DNA of 63,858 nt, counting the filler, from Octopus bimaculoides (taxonomy: Eukaryota): the NCBI RefSeq assembly GCF_001194135.2. It is 4 parts of 4 records of this genome, joined end to end, with 100 filler letters (N's around TTAATTAATTAA, not from the genome) between each part and the next. Parts side by side here need not be neighbours in the genome. Positions count along the whole stretch, not along the records: positions 1 to 31,393 come from NC_068984.1; positions 31,494 to 50,538 come from NC_068991.1; 2 more parts are not named here. The stretch is one strand, 5' to 3'. The notes beneath the pieces were generated by a model. That model saw nothing but the letters and a program-made list of their open reading frames with translations, did no database searches and was not told the DNA's origin. The translations under genes were made by a program, and so were the position numbers. Shown here one piece after another: positions 26,875 through 40,388 of this stretch. Each line of letters begins with the position of its first letter. Within the stretch, counting starts at the first letter, position 1.

Positions 26875-27115
26875 AGGCATAACGTCGCCATGACTAGTGA
26901 TCACTCCAGACACCATGATGTTGACTGGATGTTTGATTTTTATTACTCTCGATACATGTTTTGGGGACACGGCAAGCCAACGGTTGTTCTGTGTGTTCAC
27001 CATCCCTTCGTATTGAAGCTTCTGGCGTGAATGCCAAGCATAAGAGAATGTAGTTTCCACATTTCTGACAGAGTGAATTACGTCTGGAACAGTTTTTCTC
27101 ACAGACGGTGCCCAA
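26875..27115 (-). mobile_element. Tc1/IS630-type transposase fragment
   Basis: ORF 26776..27156 contains MVNTQNNRWLAVSPKHVSRVIKIKHPVNIMVSGVITSHGDVMPP, typical of the region after the first catalytic Asp. Confidence 0.8.
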
Positions 27116-29673
27116 CCGAACCTACTATACTGTGTAGCTAACAAAATCAAAAACAAACAATGCGTATGCGCGAAATTATAAAAATATAAAATGGTGACAA
27201 TTTACCCATCGTACCCTGTACATATGTGTGTGTGTGTGTGTTTGTGTGTGTGTCTATGCGTGCGTGTGGCTTTGTTTCTGTGTTTGCCCCCACCCCCTCT
27301 TGATCACTAGCGTTGGAGTGTTTACGTCTCCCTATCTTAGCTTTAAAAAAATATAATTGCTGAGATTCTTCAAGGCGGTGCCCCATCATGGCCGCAGTCT
27401 AATGACTGAAACAAGTAAAATATAAAAAAACAAAAAATATAGCTTATTATTATGACCCTTTATTGAGGCAGCGAACCGATAGAATCATTGGTAGGCTGGG
27501 CACTATGCTTAGCGGCATTTCTTCCGGTGCTACGTTCCGATTTAAATTCCACCGAGAAGGGCCTCGCATGTCATCCTTCTATAAGATAAGCCCTAGTTGA
27601 ACAATTAGGTCGATGTAATCGGCTAACTGCCTGCTTTGTATCAAAAGCAGAAAGAATTATTACCTTTTACCGTACATTTCAGGAACTATTCTCGTCCTTC
27701 TGAAATTCTAGTCCTTCTGTACGTCTTTGAGGATGAGTAGAAGTGTTTAATGATATCTTACCAAATGGGATTTGTGTTATCCTTAACAGAAAGTACTGTT
27801 TCGGTTTTTGATTTTACTCATATTTAAGACCACCGAAATTGCATTCAATTTCGTAAAGATCGTAACTACTTTAAGATAGAGACATCAACCTACTTGGTCT
27901 GAGCTAACTTATTAACATGTGAACCTCGATGCCAGACAGCTAGAGGTCCCTGCCTGCGGGAAAGCCTTGCCTTACCGATAGATGCCATGCTTAAAGCATC
28001 TGACCTGATGTGATCCTCTTGGAAACCCTGCACTCATGAACCTGTCGTTAGGATAAAGATCCTTTCCGAGTAATATAAACTCATGGCGCCGTCTTCCCAG
28101 TTCCCGTGATGCATATATTCCGTGGAGAATATATATGCCACGGACGCACGATTACTGATTTCTGCCGGCTGAATGGACTTGAGCAAGTAAAATGACGTGT
28201 TTTGCTAAAGAAAACAACGCATCACCCGGTCCAGGAATCGGGACCGCAATCTTACGATCATGAGTTCAATACCTTAACCACGAAACCACGCGCCTCCACC
28301 TCGAGGTCCTAACATTACTGGACTATCAAAACATTCACATCTTAGTAATTTCAATGCGAAAGAGAGAAGAAACCAGATACTGAGTAGTGATAAGTGAAAC
28401 TGTAATGTTATCAGTCCGAATATGCTCGATACAGCTTCGAACTGGGTAAGAAGCTACTCGCTGTGTTTTATCACGGAGAATATATTTCGATTGTTGACAT
28501 AATGGTGTGTATGCACCTATGTCAGATCGCAGCGCCATCTACCTAGACTGTGAAATGTTAATATTTCGGAGTAGTTGTCTCCTCATCGGTCACGACAAAA
28601 CGCAGATGGTAATGGTGTTTTCACGTAGCTAATTGTTTTACCAATTCCTTCCTAGCCGTTCGTCGTTTGGACCGGTGCTGGTTGACATTATTATCAATAT
28701 ATTTCCCAAGAATAAGCCGGCGAGCTGGCGGAATCGTTAGCACGTCCGACGAAATGCTTGGCAGCATTTCGTCCGTCTTTGTGTTCTGAGTTCAAATTCT
28801 GCTGAGGTCGATTTTACCCTTCATCATTTGGTGTCGATAAACCAAGTTGAACACTGAGGTCGTTGTAAACGACTTACCTCTTCCCCCGAAATAGTTGCCA
28901 TTGGGAAAAACATGAAACCAAAATGTTTATCAAGTATCCCGAATCTCTTGGGTACTTTTACTGCACCGTGTGTTTGCCACTGTTGTTTTTTTTTTGTTGC
29001 TACATTTCATAATTCTCGTCCAGAACCTTCTTTCCATTGTTCCTAAAACTACTGCTGCAGCTGCTGTAGCTACTACTGCTGTTGTTGCTACTGCTGCATT
29101 CTCTCCCAGTGTTCGATTTATGGGTTTGGCAGCTCCCCACCACCGCGTTCTGTATTGCGATTGGGAAAAGAATATCTTTAAAAACCAATAGGTGTCAACT
29201 ATATATTATTCTAATTACTCTTGGCATTATATTCCCTACTTTAGGGAAAACATTTCGTCTATTCTCACGATGCTCAGGTTATAAAGGATCACTTCAGATA
29301 CGTTCACAATTTATTGTGACCTACACACGATTTTACCAAGACACGAAGTTCTAGTTAGAGACACAACTACTTTCAGTAGCGCGGTCATTCTAGCGTGATT
29401 AATGCAAACAAAACTTAGCACAGGGTGTGAATGTAAAATGACATAAATAAATAAAATAAAGATCTTTTCTCTCATTGATATTTGAAAGTAATCTCTTAAA
29501 TTCTGAGACCTCCAAAAACATCTGTCAACAAACCAATAACTGATAAAGACTTTTATCGATCGCCACAGAGATAAAAGGCTACGTTTCTCTCCCGGCATTT
29601 GCACACTGAATGAAAGAGGTCATGACAATAGACTTCGGGGCAAAACTATACCGTTTTCACTATAACCGTGCCC

Positions 29674-29674
29674 C

Positions 29675-29736
<62 letters not shown>

Positions 29737-29842
29737 CAATAACAATAATAATAATAATCATAATAATAATGATAATAATAATAATAATGATAATAATGAT
29801 AATAATGATAATAATAATAATAATAATAATAATGATAATAAC

Positions 29843-29889
<47 letters not shown>

Positions 29890-29943
29890 CAATAATAATA
29901 ATTACAATAATAAAAATAATAATAATAACAACAACAACAATGA

Positions 29944-30011
<68 letters not shown>

Positions 30012-30040
30012 TCAACAATAATCTAAATAATGATGATGAT
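29674..30040. repeat. Long imperfect (TAA)n microsatellite
   Basis: Direct reading; source of poly-I ORF 29610..30026. Confidence 0.95.
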
Positions 30041-30649
30041 GATATTTTTTAGAATAAATACAAGGTCACATGTTGTGAACAAATTGTGCAGGCGACTGCA
30101 TATTGGTGCTTATTTATTGAACAGCTGTGTATTAGTGCTCGTTTATTGAATTAAGATAGATGAAAAGACAAGTTGACACTGGCAGGTATCGAACTCGAAT
30201 CCAAAGGAGACGTAGCTAAATACCGCAGAGAATTCTGTCTGACGCTCTGTCAATTCAACTATTGATGGCTCTTGATATTGTTTTCTAAGGCGCCGTGCGA
30301 AATGCTTAGCGGTATTTCGTCTGTCTTTACGTTCTGAGTTCAAATTCCACCGAGGTCGATTTTGCCTTTTATCTTTTCGGGCTCGATAAATTAAATACCA
30401 GTTGCGTACTGGGGTCGATCTAATCGACTCGGCCCCATTCCCTCAAAATTTCGGGCCTTGCACCTAGAGGAAAAATGAATATTGGTTTCTGACTTTAGTA
30501 GAAGGCCAGTGGTTTTGAGACGAGGGGATCTGTTGATTACAGCAACCTCAGAATAATGAGTTGCAAACGCTTGCTGTCCGTTGCCATGTCTGGTTGAGAC
30601 TTGGGTGCAGCTCGTATAAATTAAAGCAAGGGAGGATAATGCCTAATCT

Positions 30650-31085
30650 TTTATCTTTCACTTCTTTCAATCATTAGACTGCAGCCATGCTGGGCCACTA
30701 CCTTCGAAGAATGTTTTGCCGAATGATTTGACCCCATTACAAATTTTTTAAAGCCTGGTATTTATTCTATCAGGCGGCTCTTTTGCTGAACCTCTAAGTT
30801 ACGGCGACATAAACACGCCAACAGCGATTATCAAGCAGTAGTGGACAACAAACAGGGACATAAAGGCACGCACATACGCACACTTACACACACATACGCA
30901 CACGCACACGCACTCACACACACACACAGATATACGATGGGCTTCTTTCAATTTCCGTCTGTCAAATCCACTCAAGGCCTTGGTGGGCCCGAGGTTATAG
31001 TACAAGACACTTGCCCAAGCTACCAAGCCGTGGGACTGAACCCAGAACCATGTGGTTGGGAAGCAAACTTCTTACCACAGGCGCA
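30650..31085 (-). mobile_element. SINE family A copy
   Basis: Reverse complement of the family A sequence with internal (CA)n. Confidence 0.8.
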
Positions 31086-31140
31086 GTGTGACTGTGCTTG
31101 TATAATAATAATAATAATGATAATAATAATAATAATAATG

Positions 31141-31191
<51 letters not shown>

Positions 31192-31193
<2 letters not shown>

Positions 31194-31393
31194 GACAATG
31201 CCTGAATGGCTCACGAAAGGGAAAACCATCTTAATCCCCAAATCCACGGAAACAGAGAAGGCACAAAACTATAGACCTATAACCTGTCTCCCTACGATCT
31301 ACAAAGCCTTTACTGCAATAATATCGCAGAGATTAAGTAAGCACGTGGAAAATAACAACCTGTTTCCAGAAGAGCAGAAGGGATGCTACAAGG
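31192..31393 (+). mobile_element. R4/Dong-clade non-LTR retrotransposon, RT N-terminal fragment (runs into scaffold end)
   Basis: PEWLTKGKTILIPKSTETEKAQNYRPITCLPTIYKAFTAIISQRL..NNLFPEEQKGC (RT domains 0-2, R4-type), starting directly after (TAA)n 31101-31191. Confidence 0.88.
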
Positions 31394-31493
31394 NNNNNNN
31401 NNNNNNNNNNNNNNNNNNNNNNNNNNNNNNNNNNNNNTTAATTAATTAANNNNNNNNNNNNNNNNNNNNNNNNNNNNNNNNNNNNNNNNNNNN
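31394..31493. other. Synthetic scaffold-join linker 44N-TTAATTAATTAA-44N
   Basis: Identical 100-bp structure occurs three times; the 12-mer has stops in all six frames. Confidence 0.92.
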
Positions 31494-31829
31494 TATATAC
31501 ATATATATATATACATATATATATGCATATATATATGCGTAAATACATATATTACATATAGTCCAACTTAGCTCATATATCAGCATGTGTATATATAAAA
31601 ATTTTCAGAATGGAGATAAAAATCCAGCGCTGGATTTTTCTGAAAATTTATATATATATATATATATATATAATAAGCTCATTATTATTACACACAACCA
31701 CATAAATACACAGTTAGACACCTTTGCTTCCAGGTCAACCTTAGATTATATGTCTTTGTAGAAACATCATTCAGTATAGCCATGGTGAACAGCTGGCATC
31801 AACAACACTACCAGGAGTTCACAAACCTC

Positions 31830-32270
31830 TATCACTGGGATGATGAAGTACTGAAGAACAAGACCTCAGGAAACTGAGCCTTTTAGGTGAGATGACAAAG
31901 GACCGAGATACCTGGTGCCTAGCTGTACTCAAGAAGACCCGCACCCTGCAGCAGAAGTATTAAGGCTGATCCTTCTGAAGGTGTAATGCACTCATGGTGA
32001 TGCCATTTAAAAGTGCCCATGCGGAAACATGTAAAAGCACTTGCGCGGAATCACATTAAAGCATCCATGTGGAGCCACATGAAAGCACCATTGCAAGTGT
32101 CACATGAAAGTGCTTGTGTGGTACCATGTAAAAGTGTTTGTACGGTGCCACGTAAAAGCACCCGGCACATCCTGTAAAGTGGTTGGCATTAGAAAGGGCA
32201 CCCAGCTGTAGAAACCATGCTAAATCAGACTGGAGTCTGGTGCAGTTCCTCCAGCTTGCCAACACTGGTT
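31830..32270 (+). mobile_element. RTE-like LINE 3' end followed by 24-bp array and RTE-type tail
   Basis: WDDEVLK..RKLSLL.EMTKDRDTWCLAVLKKTR resembles the RTE C-terminus; followed by a CACGTAAAAGCAC array and GTGGTTGGCATTAG.AAGGGCA.CCAGCTGTAGAAACC. Confidence 0.6.
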
Positions 32271-33419
32271 ACACCGTCCAAGGAAAACTTTCAGAAATTT
32301 CTGGCCCAGTAGTACTATCAGAGGAGAAGGAGGAAGAGAACTCATTGCCTGTTTGTGATAAATTTCATGCACACAACAGTGCTAATAGCCAAGTGTCTAC
32401 AATACCACACAGGGCAATGAAACCATTCTTGATGTGGTCACACTGAGCATTGCTGACTTGTATATATAGTTAGAGCAATATCAAATGGCTGCTGTCACAT
32501 GTAGTATGCTAACAAATATATGCTGAGTTTATTGTCAGGATAGCTTCACTGTCTTTGTTTGGTGAAGGGCCAGTAGTTCTCTGTCATCTTGTGGCCGCAA
32601 TAAAAAAGATTGTATGGTGAGCAATATTTTTAAAAGGACTGAGAATAAACACTTTTCTGTTTGGTCAAGGGCTTCATCCATATTTTCAAGTTCCACTCAG
32701 AAAGGAGTGCAAGGGTTAAAAGGGAAGGTATTACTCTCCAGTAGATTTCCTGGGAAGTGTCCAACCCATGCCAGCATGGAACATAGATGATAATGATGAT
32801 GATGATGATGATGTAAGGAAGAGTGGCAAAAATATACTGTGCGAATGGGCCAACTCTCAGCGATCACTTGAAGGCCAGAGAATACAGCTGGCTGCAGCTA
32901 CCCTTCTTTCTGGGCTTTCTATCATACAATGAACATCACCACTTCTCTTTCTTTATCCACTCAATATCTGTGTACCTCTGCTCAACTTTTTATAACCTGT
33001 CCATGTAATTCCCCTCATCCCATCACCCTTGTGGCAGTAAAAGAATAATAATTATCCTCATCATTCATAATAAATTTCTTCTTTCATTTTCTTTCTTCGA
33101 TGTGAAATATGTCAGTTACGTTGCCAGAGCTAAGGAATACCAAGTCACAAAAAAACCATTTGACAGAGCAGTGAAACAGTGATGTGATGTCACCACAATG
33201 CCACAGTTAGGTCTCAAAGAGACCAAAAGCAGGTGCTTGCCGTTTGGGTCTAAGCAGGCCCTGATTTACAATGGGTTGATACTGATATGGCAAATCAAGG
33301 AAAAAAAAAAAAAGCCTGCTTACTGACACTGTCACAAAACTTCATTAAAAAATCAGGTGGAAGGAGAAAGGGACAAAGCCCTCTCTTTTCTGTTTTTTTT
33401 TTTTTAGAGGGTCTGCTTG

Positions 33420-33670
33420 AAAGAAAGAAAGGAAGGAAGGAAGGAAGGAAGGAATAGGTGAAAGAAAGAAAGAAAGAAGAAAAAAAGAAAGAAATAGGTG
33501 AAAGAAAGAAAGAAGGAAATAGGTGAAATAAAGAAAGGAAGGAAGAAAGAAACAAAGAAGGAAAGAAAGAAGGAAAGAAAGAACGAAAGAAAGAAAGAAA
33601 GAAGGAAGGAAGGCAAGAAAGAAAGAAAGAAGGAAAGAAAGAAAGAAGGAATGAGAGAAAGAGAGGGAGA

Positions 33671-33712
<42 letters not shown>

Positions 33713-33715
33713 TAA
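33420..33715. repeat. (GAAA)/(GGAA)/(GA) purine tract
   Basis: Direct reading. Confidence 0.95.
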
Positions 33716-35130
33716 AGGGTTATGAATGTGAGTGCAATTTCCTTTTAAACATTTATAGTTTTTTCNNNNNNNNNNNNNNNNNNNNNNNNNNNNNNNNNNN
33801 NNNNNNNNNNNNNNNNNNNNNNNNNNNNNNNNNNNNNNNNNNNNNNNNNNNNNNNNNNNNNNNNNNNNNNNNNNNNNNNNNNNNNNNNNNNNNNNNNNNN
33901 NNNNNNNNNNNNNNNNNNNNNNNNNNNNNNNNNNNNNNNNNNNNNNNNNNNNNNNNNNNNNNNNNNNNNNNNNNNNNNNNNNNNNNNNNNNNNNNNNNNN
34001 NNNNNNNNNNNNNNNNNNNNNNNNNNNNNNNNNNNNNNNNNNNNNNNNNNNNNNNNNNNNNNNNNNNNNNNNNNNNNNNNNNNNNNNNNNNNNNNNNNNN
34101 NNNNNNNNNNNNNNNNNNNNNNNNNNNNNNNNNNNNNNNNNNNNNNNNNNNNNNNNNNNNNNNNNNNNNNNNNNNNNNNNNNNNNNNNNNNNNNNNNNNN
34201 NNNNNNNNNNNNNNNNNNNNNNNNNNNNNNNNNNNNNNNNNNNNNNNNNNNNNNNNNNNNNNNNNNNNNNNNNNNNNNNNNNNNNNNNNNNNNNNNNNNN
34301 NNNNNNNNNNNNNNNNNNNNNNNNNNNNNNNNNNNNNNNNNNNNNNNNNNNNNNNNNNNNNNNNNNNNNNNNNNNNNNNNNNNNNNNNNNNNNNNNNNNN
34401 NNNNNNGTTTCTTAAAAAATATGCCAACCACAATTTGACTGCTATTTCTAACAAGTTGAGTGACCATGTAGAAGTAGCCTCATTATCTCATTATGTCACT
34501 CGTTACCTAATTATGACATACTTCTCTGTAGGATGGTTTAGAGGTTAAAGTTATTACACAATTAGTCTTTTTTTAATTAATTATGTCTCTCCATTCAAAT
34601 CAATAAATTAAATAGAATAAGAAACAAATATGATCTTGTACCTTGTCAAAAAATATAAATATATATATAAAATAAAATCAGTTTAATAAATGCCTGGAAC
34701 AAAATTGGCAGAAAATTGGTAGTACAAAAGTTATCCTTAGACTAATTTACATCCATTTAAGTATTCTGAGTTCAAATCCTACTGATGTTGACACTATCTT
34801 TCATCAACCCAGGGGCAGTGATGAAATAAGAACTGGTGATACACACACACATATATATGTATGTATGTATGTGCTAACATTTATTTTTATGTTCAGTTAT
34901 AATAAATACGATTTTACATTAATTTAAGGGGTTACTGTATACTTTTGTAGAGTATACATTATACTTAAACAAGAATGTCGCTGACAGTGACTTTGAAGTT
35001 TTGGGTAGTTAAGCCTTCATTGGCAGTCTGACAATGGCTTAATTGGCTGAAACTTCAAAGTCACTTTCAACAACATTCTTGTTTAATATGTGTGTGTGTG
35101 TGTATTAATCAAAGAATACAGTGTTATATA

Positions 35131-35520
35131 GTGGAGGCGCAATGGCCCAGTGGTTAGGGCAGCGGACTCGCGGTCATAGGATCGCGGTTTAGATTCCCAG
35201 ACCGGGCGTTGTGAGTGTTTATTGAGCGAAAACACCTAAAAGCTCCACGTGGCTCCGGCAGGGGTTTGTGGTGAACCCTGCTGTACTCTTTCTCTCACTC
35301 TTACTTCCTGTTTCTGTTGTGCCTGTAATTCAAAGGGTCAGCCTTGTCACACTGTGTCACGCTGAATATCCCTGAGAATTACGTTAAAAGTACATGTGAC
35401 AAGGCTGACCNNNNNNNNNNCTGTGGAGTGCTCAGCCACTTGCACGTTAATTTCACGAGCAGGCTGTTCTGTTGATCGGATCAACTGGAACCCTCGACGT
35501 CGTAAGCGACGGAGTGCCAA
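35131..35520 (+). mobile_element. SINE family C, near full length
   Basis: GGCGCAATGGCCCAGTGGTTAGGG A-box head; body nearly identical to 42310-42690. Confidence 0.85.
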
Positions 35521-36330
35521 CAACAATAGTGTTATATATCTGTTGCAACCAGTCTTACCAAATCAGTTTTGCATATAAATATTAGAGAACTGGAAGGTTA
35601 TCCAATACCATGTGCTTTTCAGAGATGGCAGGTATGGAAAAACTATGGCCATATTACCCACCCAGGAGGAGGAGAAAAAATTCCAGTCAAATACTGCATA
35701 AATTTTTTCTTAAAGAACTTGGCTTGCGAGTGAAGTGTGAGAGAGAAGCTGTGACAAAGCCAACAAAAGGGAACCATCTTGTTATGGAGAGGAAGAAGTG
35801 AGGAGGCAGAAAGATAGAGAGAGAGAGCAGGCAGATAGAGGAGAGCATGGGAGAAGGAGGAGGAGGAGGAAAGATGGAGAAAAGGAGAGAAATGAGGAGG
35901 CAGAGGAGAGGTGGGAGATGAGGCAGATAGAGGGGAGGAGAAGAAGAAGAAGAAGAAGAGGAAGAAGACGAAGAAGAAATAGTAATAGCTACAGTCACCA
36001 GACTAGATATGGCAGTCAGTGTGCATGTGGAGATTACAAGCCCAAGCAGCCACACTACACCCCATACAACTAACCCCTACATCTTAGGAATACGACATGT
36101 GGTTTCCAGGCCAGCAGAACCATAGCTCTATGTGCAGAGTCATAGGTATATGGACTGCCCCTAGCCCTTTGACCAACTAACAGAGCTGACCTGGCGGGTA
36201 CACTACAACAAAGACATTAGAAGCAGTAACCAAGTATCCCACACCCCAACGCACGCACATACACGCGTGCGCACACACACACTCCACCCAATTAGCTACT
36301 GCTACATCAGATAAATCAAATTAAATCTAT

Positions 36331-36740
36331 TCTTTACTCTTTTTACTCTTTTACTTGTTTCAGTCATTTGACTGCGGCCATGCTGGAGCACTGCCTTTAG
36401 TCGAGCAAATCGACCCCAGGACTTATTCTTTGTAAGCCTAGTACTTATTCTATCTGTCTCTTTTGCCGAACCGCTAAGTTACGGGGACGCAAACACACCA
36501 CCATCGGTTGTCAAGCGACGTTGGGGGGGGGACAAACAGACACACAAACATATACACACACATACATATATATATGTATACATATATACAATGGGCTTCT
36601 TTCAGTTTCCATCTACCAAATCCACTCACAAGGCTTTGGTCGACCCGAGGTTATAGTAGAAGACACTTGCCCAAGGTACCACGCAGTGGGAATAAACCCG
36701 GAACCTTGTGGTTGGTAAGCAAGTTACTTACCACACAGCC
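36331..36740 (-). mobile_element. SINE family A, young copy
   Basis: Tail (TTTTACTC)n, internal (CA)/(TA) tract, B-box region. Confidence 0.9.
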
Positions 36741-38062
36741 ATTCATGTGCCTACCCTGAATCAGTGTTTGTCTCACACAATATTCCAAATGTTGTACATT
36801 GAGTAGGAGGTGATGGTTATACAAAAACATATTCTCATATGTTGTAGAATAGCTATTTCACATCATTGGATTTTGTAGGTACCCGCTGGGAAAAGCATAA
36901 ACATCACAGCCTTCCATTACCCTATTCTTCCTTGTTAAGTTGGATTTCAGGATCAAGGTGTTTGTCACTAACTCTAAGAACAGTCGCAATCTGCTCAATT
37001 TGCTCATCACCATCATCATGTTATTGTCCACTTTGCCGTGCTTGCGTGTATCAGGTGGGATGCCCTTTCGGTTGCCAACCCTCAGCTGTTTCTGAGCAAG
37101 GTGACATTTCCCCATGGCCAGACATCTTTACAAAGAAGACAGGAAACAAATGATACTGTTGTATGATGGTGAAGCTTGCTTATAACCATCAAATGTCAAG
37201 GCAAGGAAACCCATACACATACACAATGACAGGTTTCTTTCAGTCTCTGTTTATCCAAGCCACTCACAAGGATTTGGTTGGCTAGAGGCCATAGTAGAAG
37301 TTACTTGTCCAAGGTCCACTTAGTGGAACTGAACCTGAAAGCATGCGGTTGGGAAGCAATCTATTAACCATACAGCCACACTTTAGACTACTCTATTATT
37401 TTACTATTCTGATTATCTAGATCAGAGATTTCCAAACTCTGTCATGTCACTTGAGTCTATCATAGATAATCTTTAGAAGTATCACTGATAATCTCTTAGT
37501 ATGTTGCTGATAATCTCAAGTTGTGTTGTATAATCAAGTCAAACCTAATCAACTTTCAAGAATATTTAACTGTGAGGAGCTGACAACTTCGCATGCAATT
37601 AAACATGTGACTGGTGACATCATCATCACTATTTATTGTCTGTTTTCCATGCTGTCATGGGTTGGAAAATTTGAAAGAAGCTGGTGAGCCAGAGGACTGT
37701 GCCAACCTCTACTATTTGTTTGTCATGGTTTCTACAGCTGGATGTCCTCCTGAACATCAACCACCTTACAGAGTGTACTGGGTGCTTTTTACATGACCCC
37801 AGCAAAGGTCATCAAGTAACTTGCAAGACAAGACCCCTCAACTAAGGGGGTGGTGGAATAGTTTAGAGGGAGGTAGCTTTGTGTTAGGAGATGAGGGTTT
37901 AAAATATGATAGAAGGACAGAAACAGTTTTGCTGTAGAGATCTTTCTCCCTTATCTTTTACCAGTTGCTTTAGTCATTGACCTGTGGTTATGCTGGGGTT
38001 CTATCTTGAAGAGTTCAGTCAAACAAACTGATCCCAGAACTTACTAAAAAAAAAGAAAGTTT

Positions 38063-38468
38063 GGCGCAGGAGTGGCTGTGTGGTAAGTAGCTTGCTTACC
38101 AACCACATGGTTCCGGGTTCAGTCCCACTGCGTGGCACCTTGGGCAAGTGTCTTCTACTATAGCCTCGGGCCGACCAAAGCCTTGTGAGTGGATTTGGTA
38201 GACGGAAACTGAAAGAAGCCCGTCGTATATATGTATATATATATATATGTATGTGTGTATATGTTGTGTATCTGTGTTTGTCCCCCTAACGTTGCTTGAC
38301 AACCGATGCTGGTGTGTTTAGGTCCCCTTAACTTAGCAGTTCGGCAAAAAGAGACCGATAGAATAAGTATTAGGCTTACAAAGAATAAGTCCTGGGGTCG
38401 ATTTGATTCGACTAAAGGCGGTGCTCCAGCATGGCCGCAGTCAAATGACTGAAACAAGTAAAAGAAAA
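38063..38468 (+). mobile_element. SINE family A, full-length young copy
   Basis: GGCGCAGGAGTGGCTGTGTGG (A box), GGTTCAGTCCC (B box), internal (TA)/(TG), tail ACAAGTAAAAGA. Confidence 0.92.
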
Positions 38469-39126
38469 GAATACTTATTCTATCAGTGTCCTTTGCTGAA
38501 CTGCTAAGTCACAGGAATGTAACCAAACCAACACTGTCATAGATATAATTATAATTATATAGTTATAATTATAACAATATAGTTATAATTTTTTGACAGA
38601 GTCTCATTTCTGAGTGAGATTAGGTCTCCAATCATTTAGAAGGAGAGTAACCCCAAGTAGGTTTAACTCAAATCCTGCTGACCTGTTAAATCTGTGCCAG
38701 TATGGGAAATGAACTTACAATGATGCTCTAAATCCCAAGCACAACCTCACCAGTTACCCATCTTCTCTTCTTGCCAAAGCATTAACTTCAGTAAAGGATG
38801 ACAAAACATGCAGTGAACAGCTCAGATGAATTCTCATGCAAAACAAACTTCATGCAGAAATAAATATATGCACATGCAATGCAATGGTGTCTGCCTGCAA
38901 AATGTTGTGTTGGTGTTACTGGTGAAGAATTATTCAAAACAATGGGCCAAAGAAAATAACCATCCCATCAGGATGCAAGTGGGTCAAATTTCTTATACGG
39001 TCTAAGTCTATTTGTATATGCTAATCCACTGATTACTATGGAGAATATGAATACATTCCTGCTATATGAGGGAGTCTAAATCTCTAAAAATAGCCCCCGA
39101 CTCTCCCTGAGATCACAACTTGCCAT

Positions 39127-39516
39127 ACTCTTTACTCTCTCTTTACTTGTCTCAGTCATTTGACTGGGGCCATGCTGGAGCACCGCCTTCAGTCGAGCAA
39201 ATCGACCCCAGGACTTATTCTTTGGAAGCCTAGTACTTATTCTATTGGTCTCTTTCGCCGGACCGCTAAGTTACAGGGACGTAAACACACCAGCATCGGT
39301 TGTCAAGCAATGGTGGAGGGACAAACACAGACACACGAACACACACACATATATATACATATATACGATGGGCTTCTTTCAGTTTCCGTCTACCAAATCC
39401 ACTCACTAGGGTTTGGTCGGCCCGAGGCTATAGTAAAAGACACTTGCCCAAGGTGCCATGCAGTGGGACTGAACCCAGAACCATGTGGTTGGTAAGCGAG
39501 CTACTTACCACACAAG
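39127..39516 (-). mobile_element. SINE family A, young copy
   Basis: Reverse complement of the 38063 copy. Confidence 0.9.
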
Positions 39517-40254
39517 GGNNNNNNNNNNNNAAAAAAAAAACAGAAAAAAGATGTGATGGGCACAGATGTAATAGTTTTGATCTAAGGCTACATTACTGTT
39601 ATTTTGCCCTTTGTAAGATCAATAAGACCCTACATCCAATAAATCCCGAAGACAACCCTGTACTTATGTAGTGTACCCAGAGCAAGTCAACATGGTACAA
39701 ATCACCTGTCACCCACCTGTATACTCAGAGAATGTTAAAACACTCGTTAATTTCACTGTTCCCACTGCTTACTGTCAGCACCTATATTATTTTATGACAC
39801 CTTCTTATCACAAAGCGGACGGGACCATTGGGGGAAGTAATTGTTTTGGTTGAAGACAATATTTTGGTGTTGCTGTCATTTACCCCCAAGAAGGCCCCTA
39901 CTCAAGAAAACTTAAGACCAAACATGTTCCCGCTACAACAATGCTGTTTGCTGTCTTTTTACTTTCAGACTTGTCCTTCTTTTTTATTTAAGGCAGACAG
40001 CTGCCATTTCTAGCATGTTGAGTGCCCATGTAGACAGTCCCTGAGATTATACAACTCACTGGCCATTCTATTCCTTATCGACTGCTACATATTGTCTGAC
40101 CAGCCATGACACTCACTGCTCTAAACTGCTTGGATTACCTAGCAGTTTAGTCCTTTGCCTGTCCTGTGAAACACATGACACACAAAACATATTTCATTGG
40201 CGTCTGTGCATCATACATGATATACATATTTAATTGGGGTTTTTTTCCAGTAAA

Positions 40255-40388
40255 GGCGCAGGAGTGGCTGTGTGGTAAGTAGCTTGCTTACCAACTACAT
40301 GGCACCTTGGGCAAGTGTCTTCTACTATAGCCTCGGGCCGACCAAAGCCTTGTGAGTGGATTTGGTAGGCGGAAACTGAAAGAAGCCC
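40255..40388 (+). mobile_element. SINE family A 5' part (ends at gap)
   Basis: Head identical to the 38063 copy with a short internal deletion. Confidence 0.85.

Noticed and set aside
27211-27220. TACCCTGTA, matching the start of miR-10
   Set aside because: The match stops after 9 nt and there is no hairpin.
31438-31449. TTAATTAATTAA as a homeodomain/PacI element
   Set aside because: It is centred in identical N spacers three times, so it is an assembly linker.
32183-32446. ORF ending HRAMKPFLMWSH, faintly like the HMG-box start RPMNAFMVWS
   Set aside because: A stop follows immediately, the upstream part is repeat-derived, and there is no convincing splice donor.
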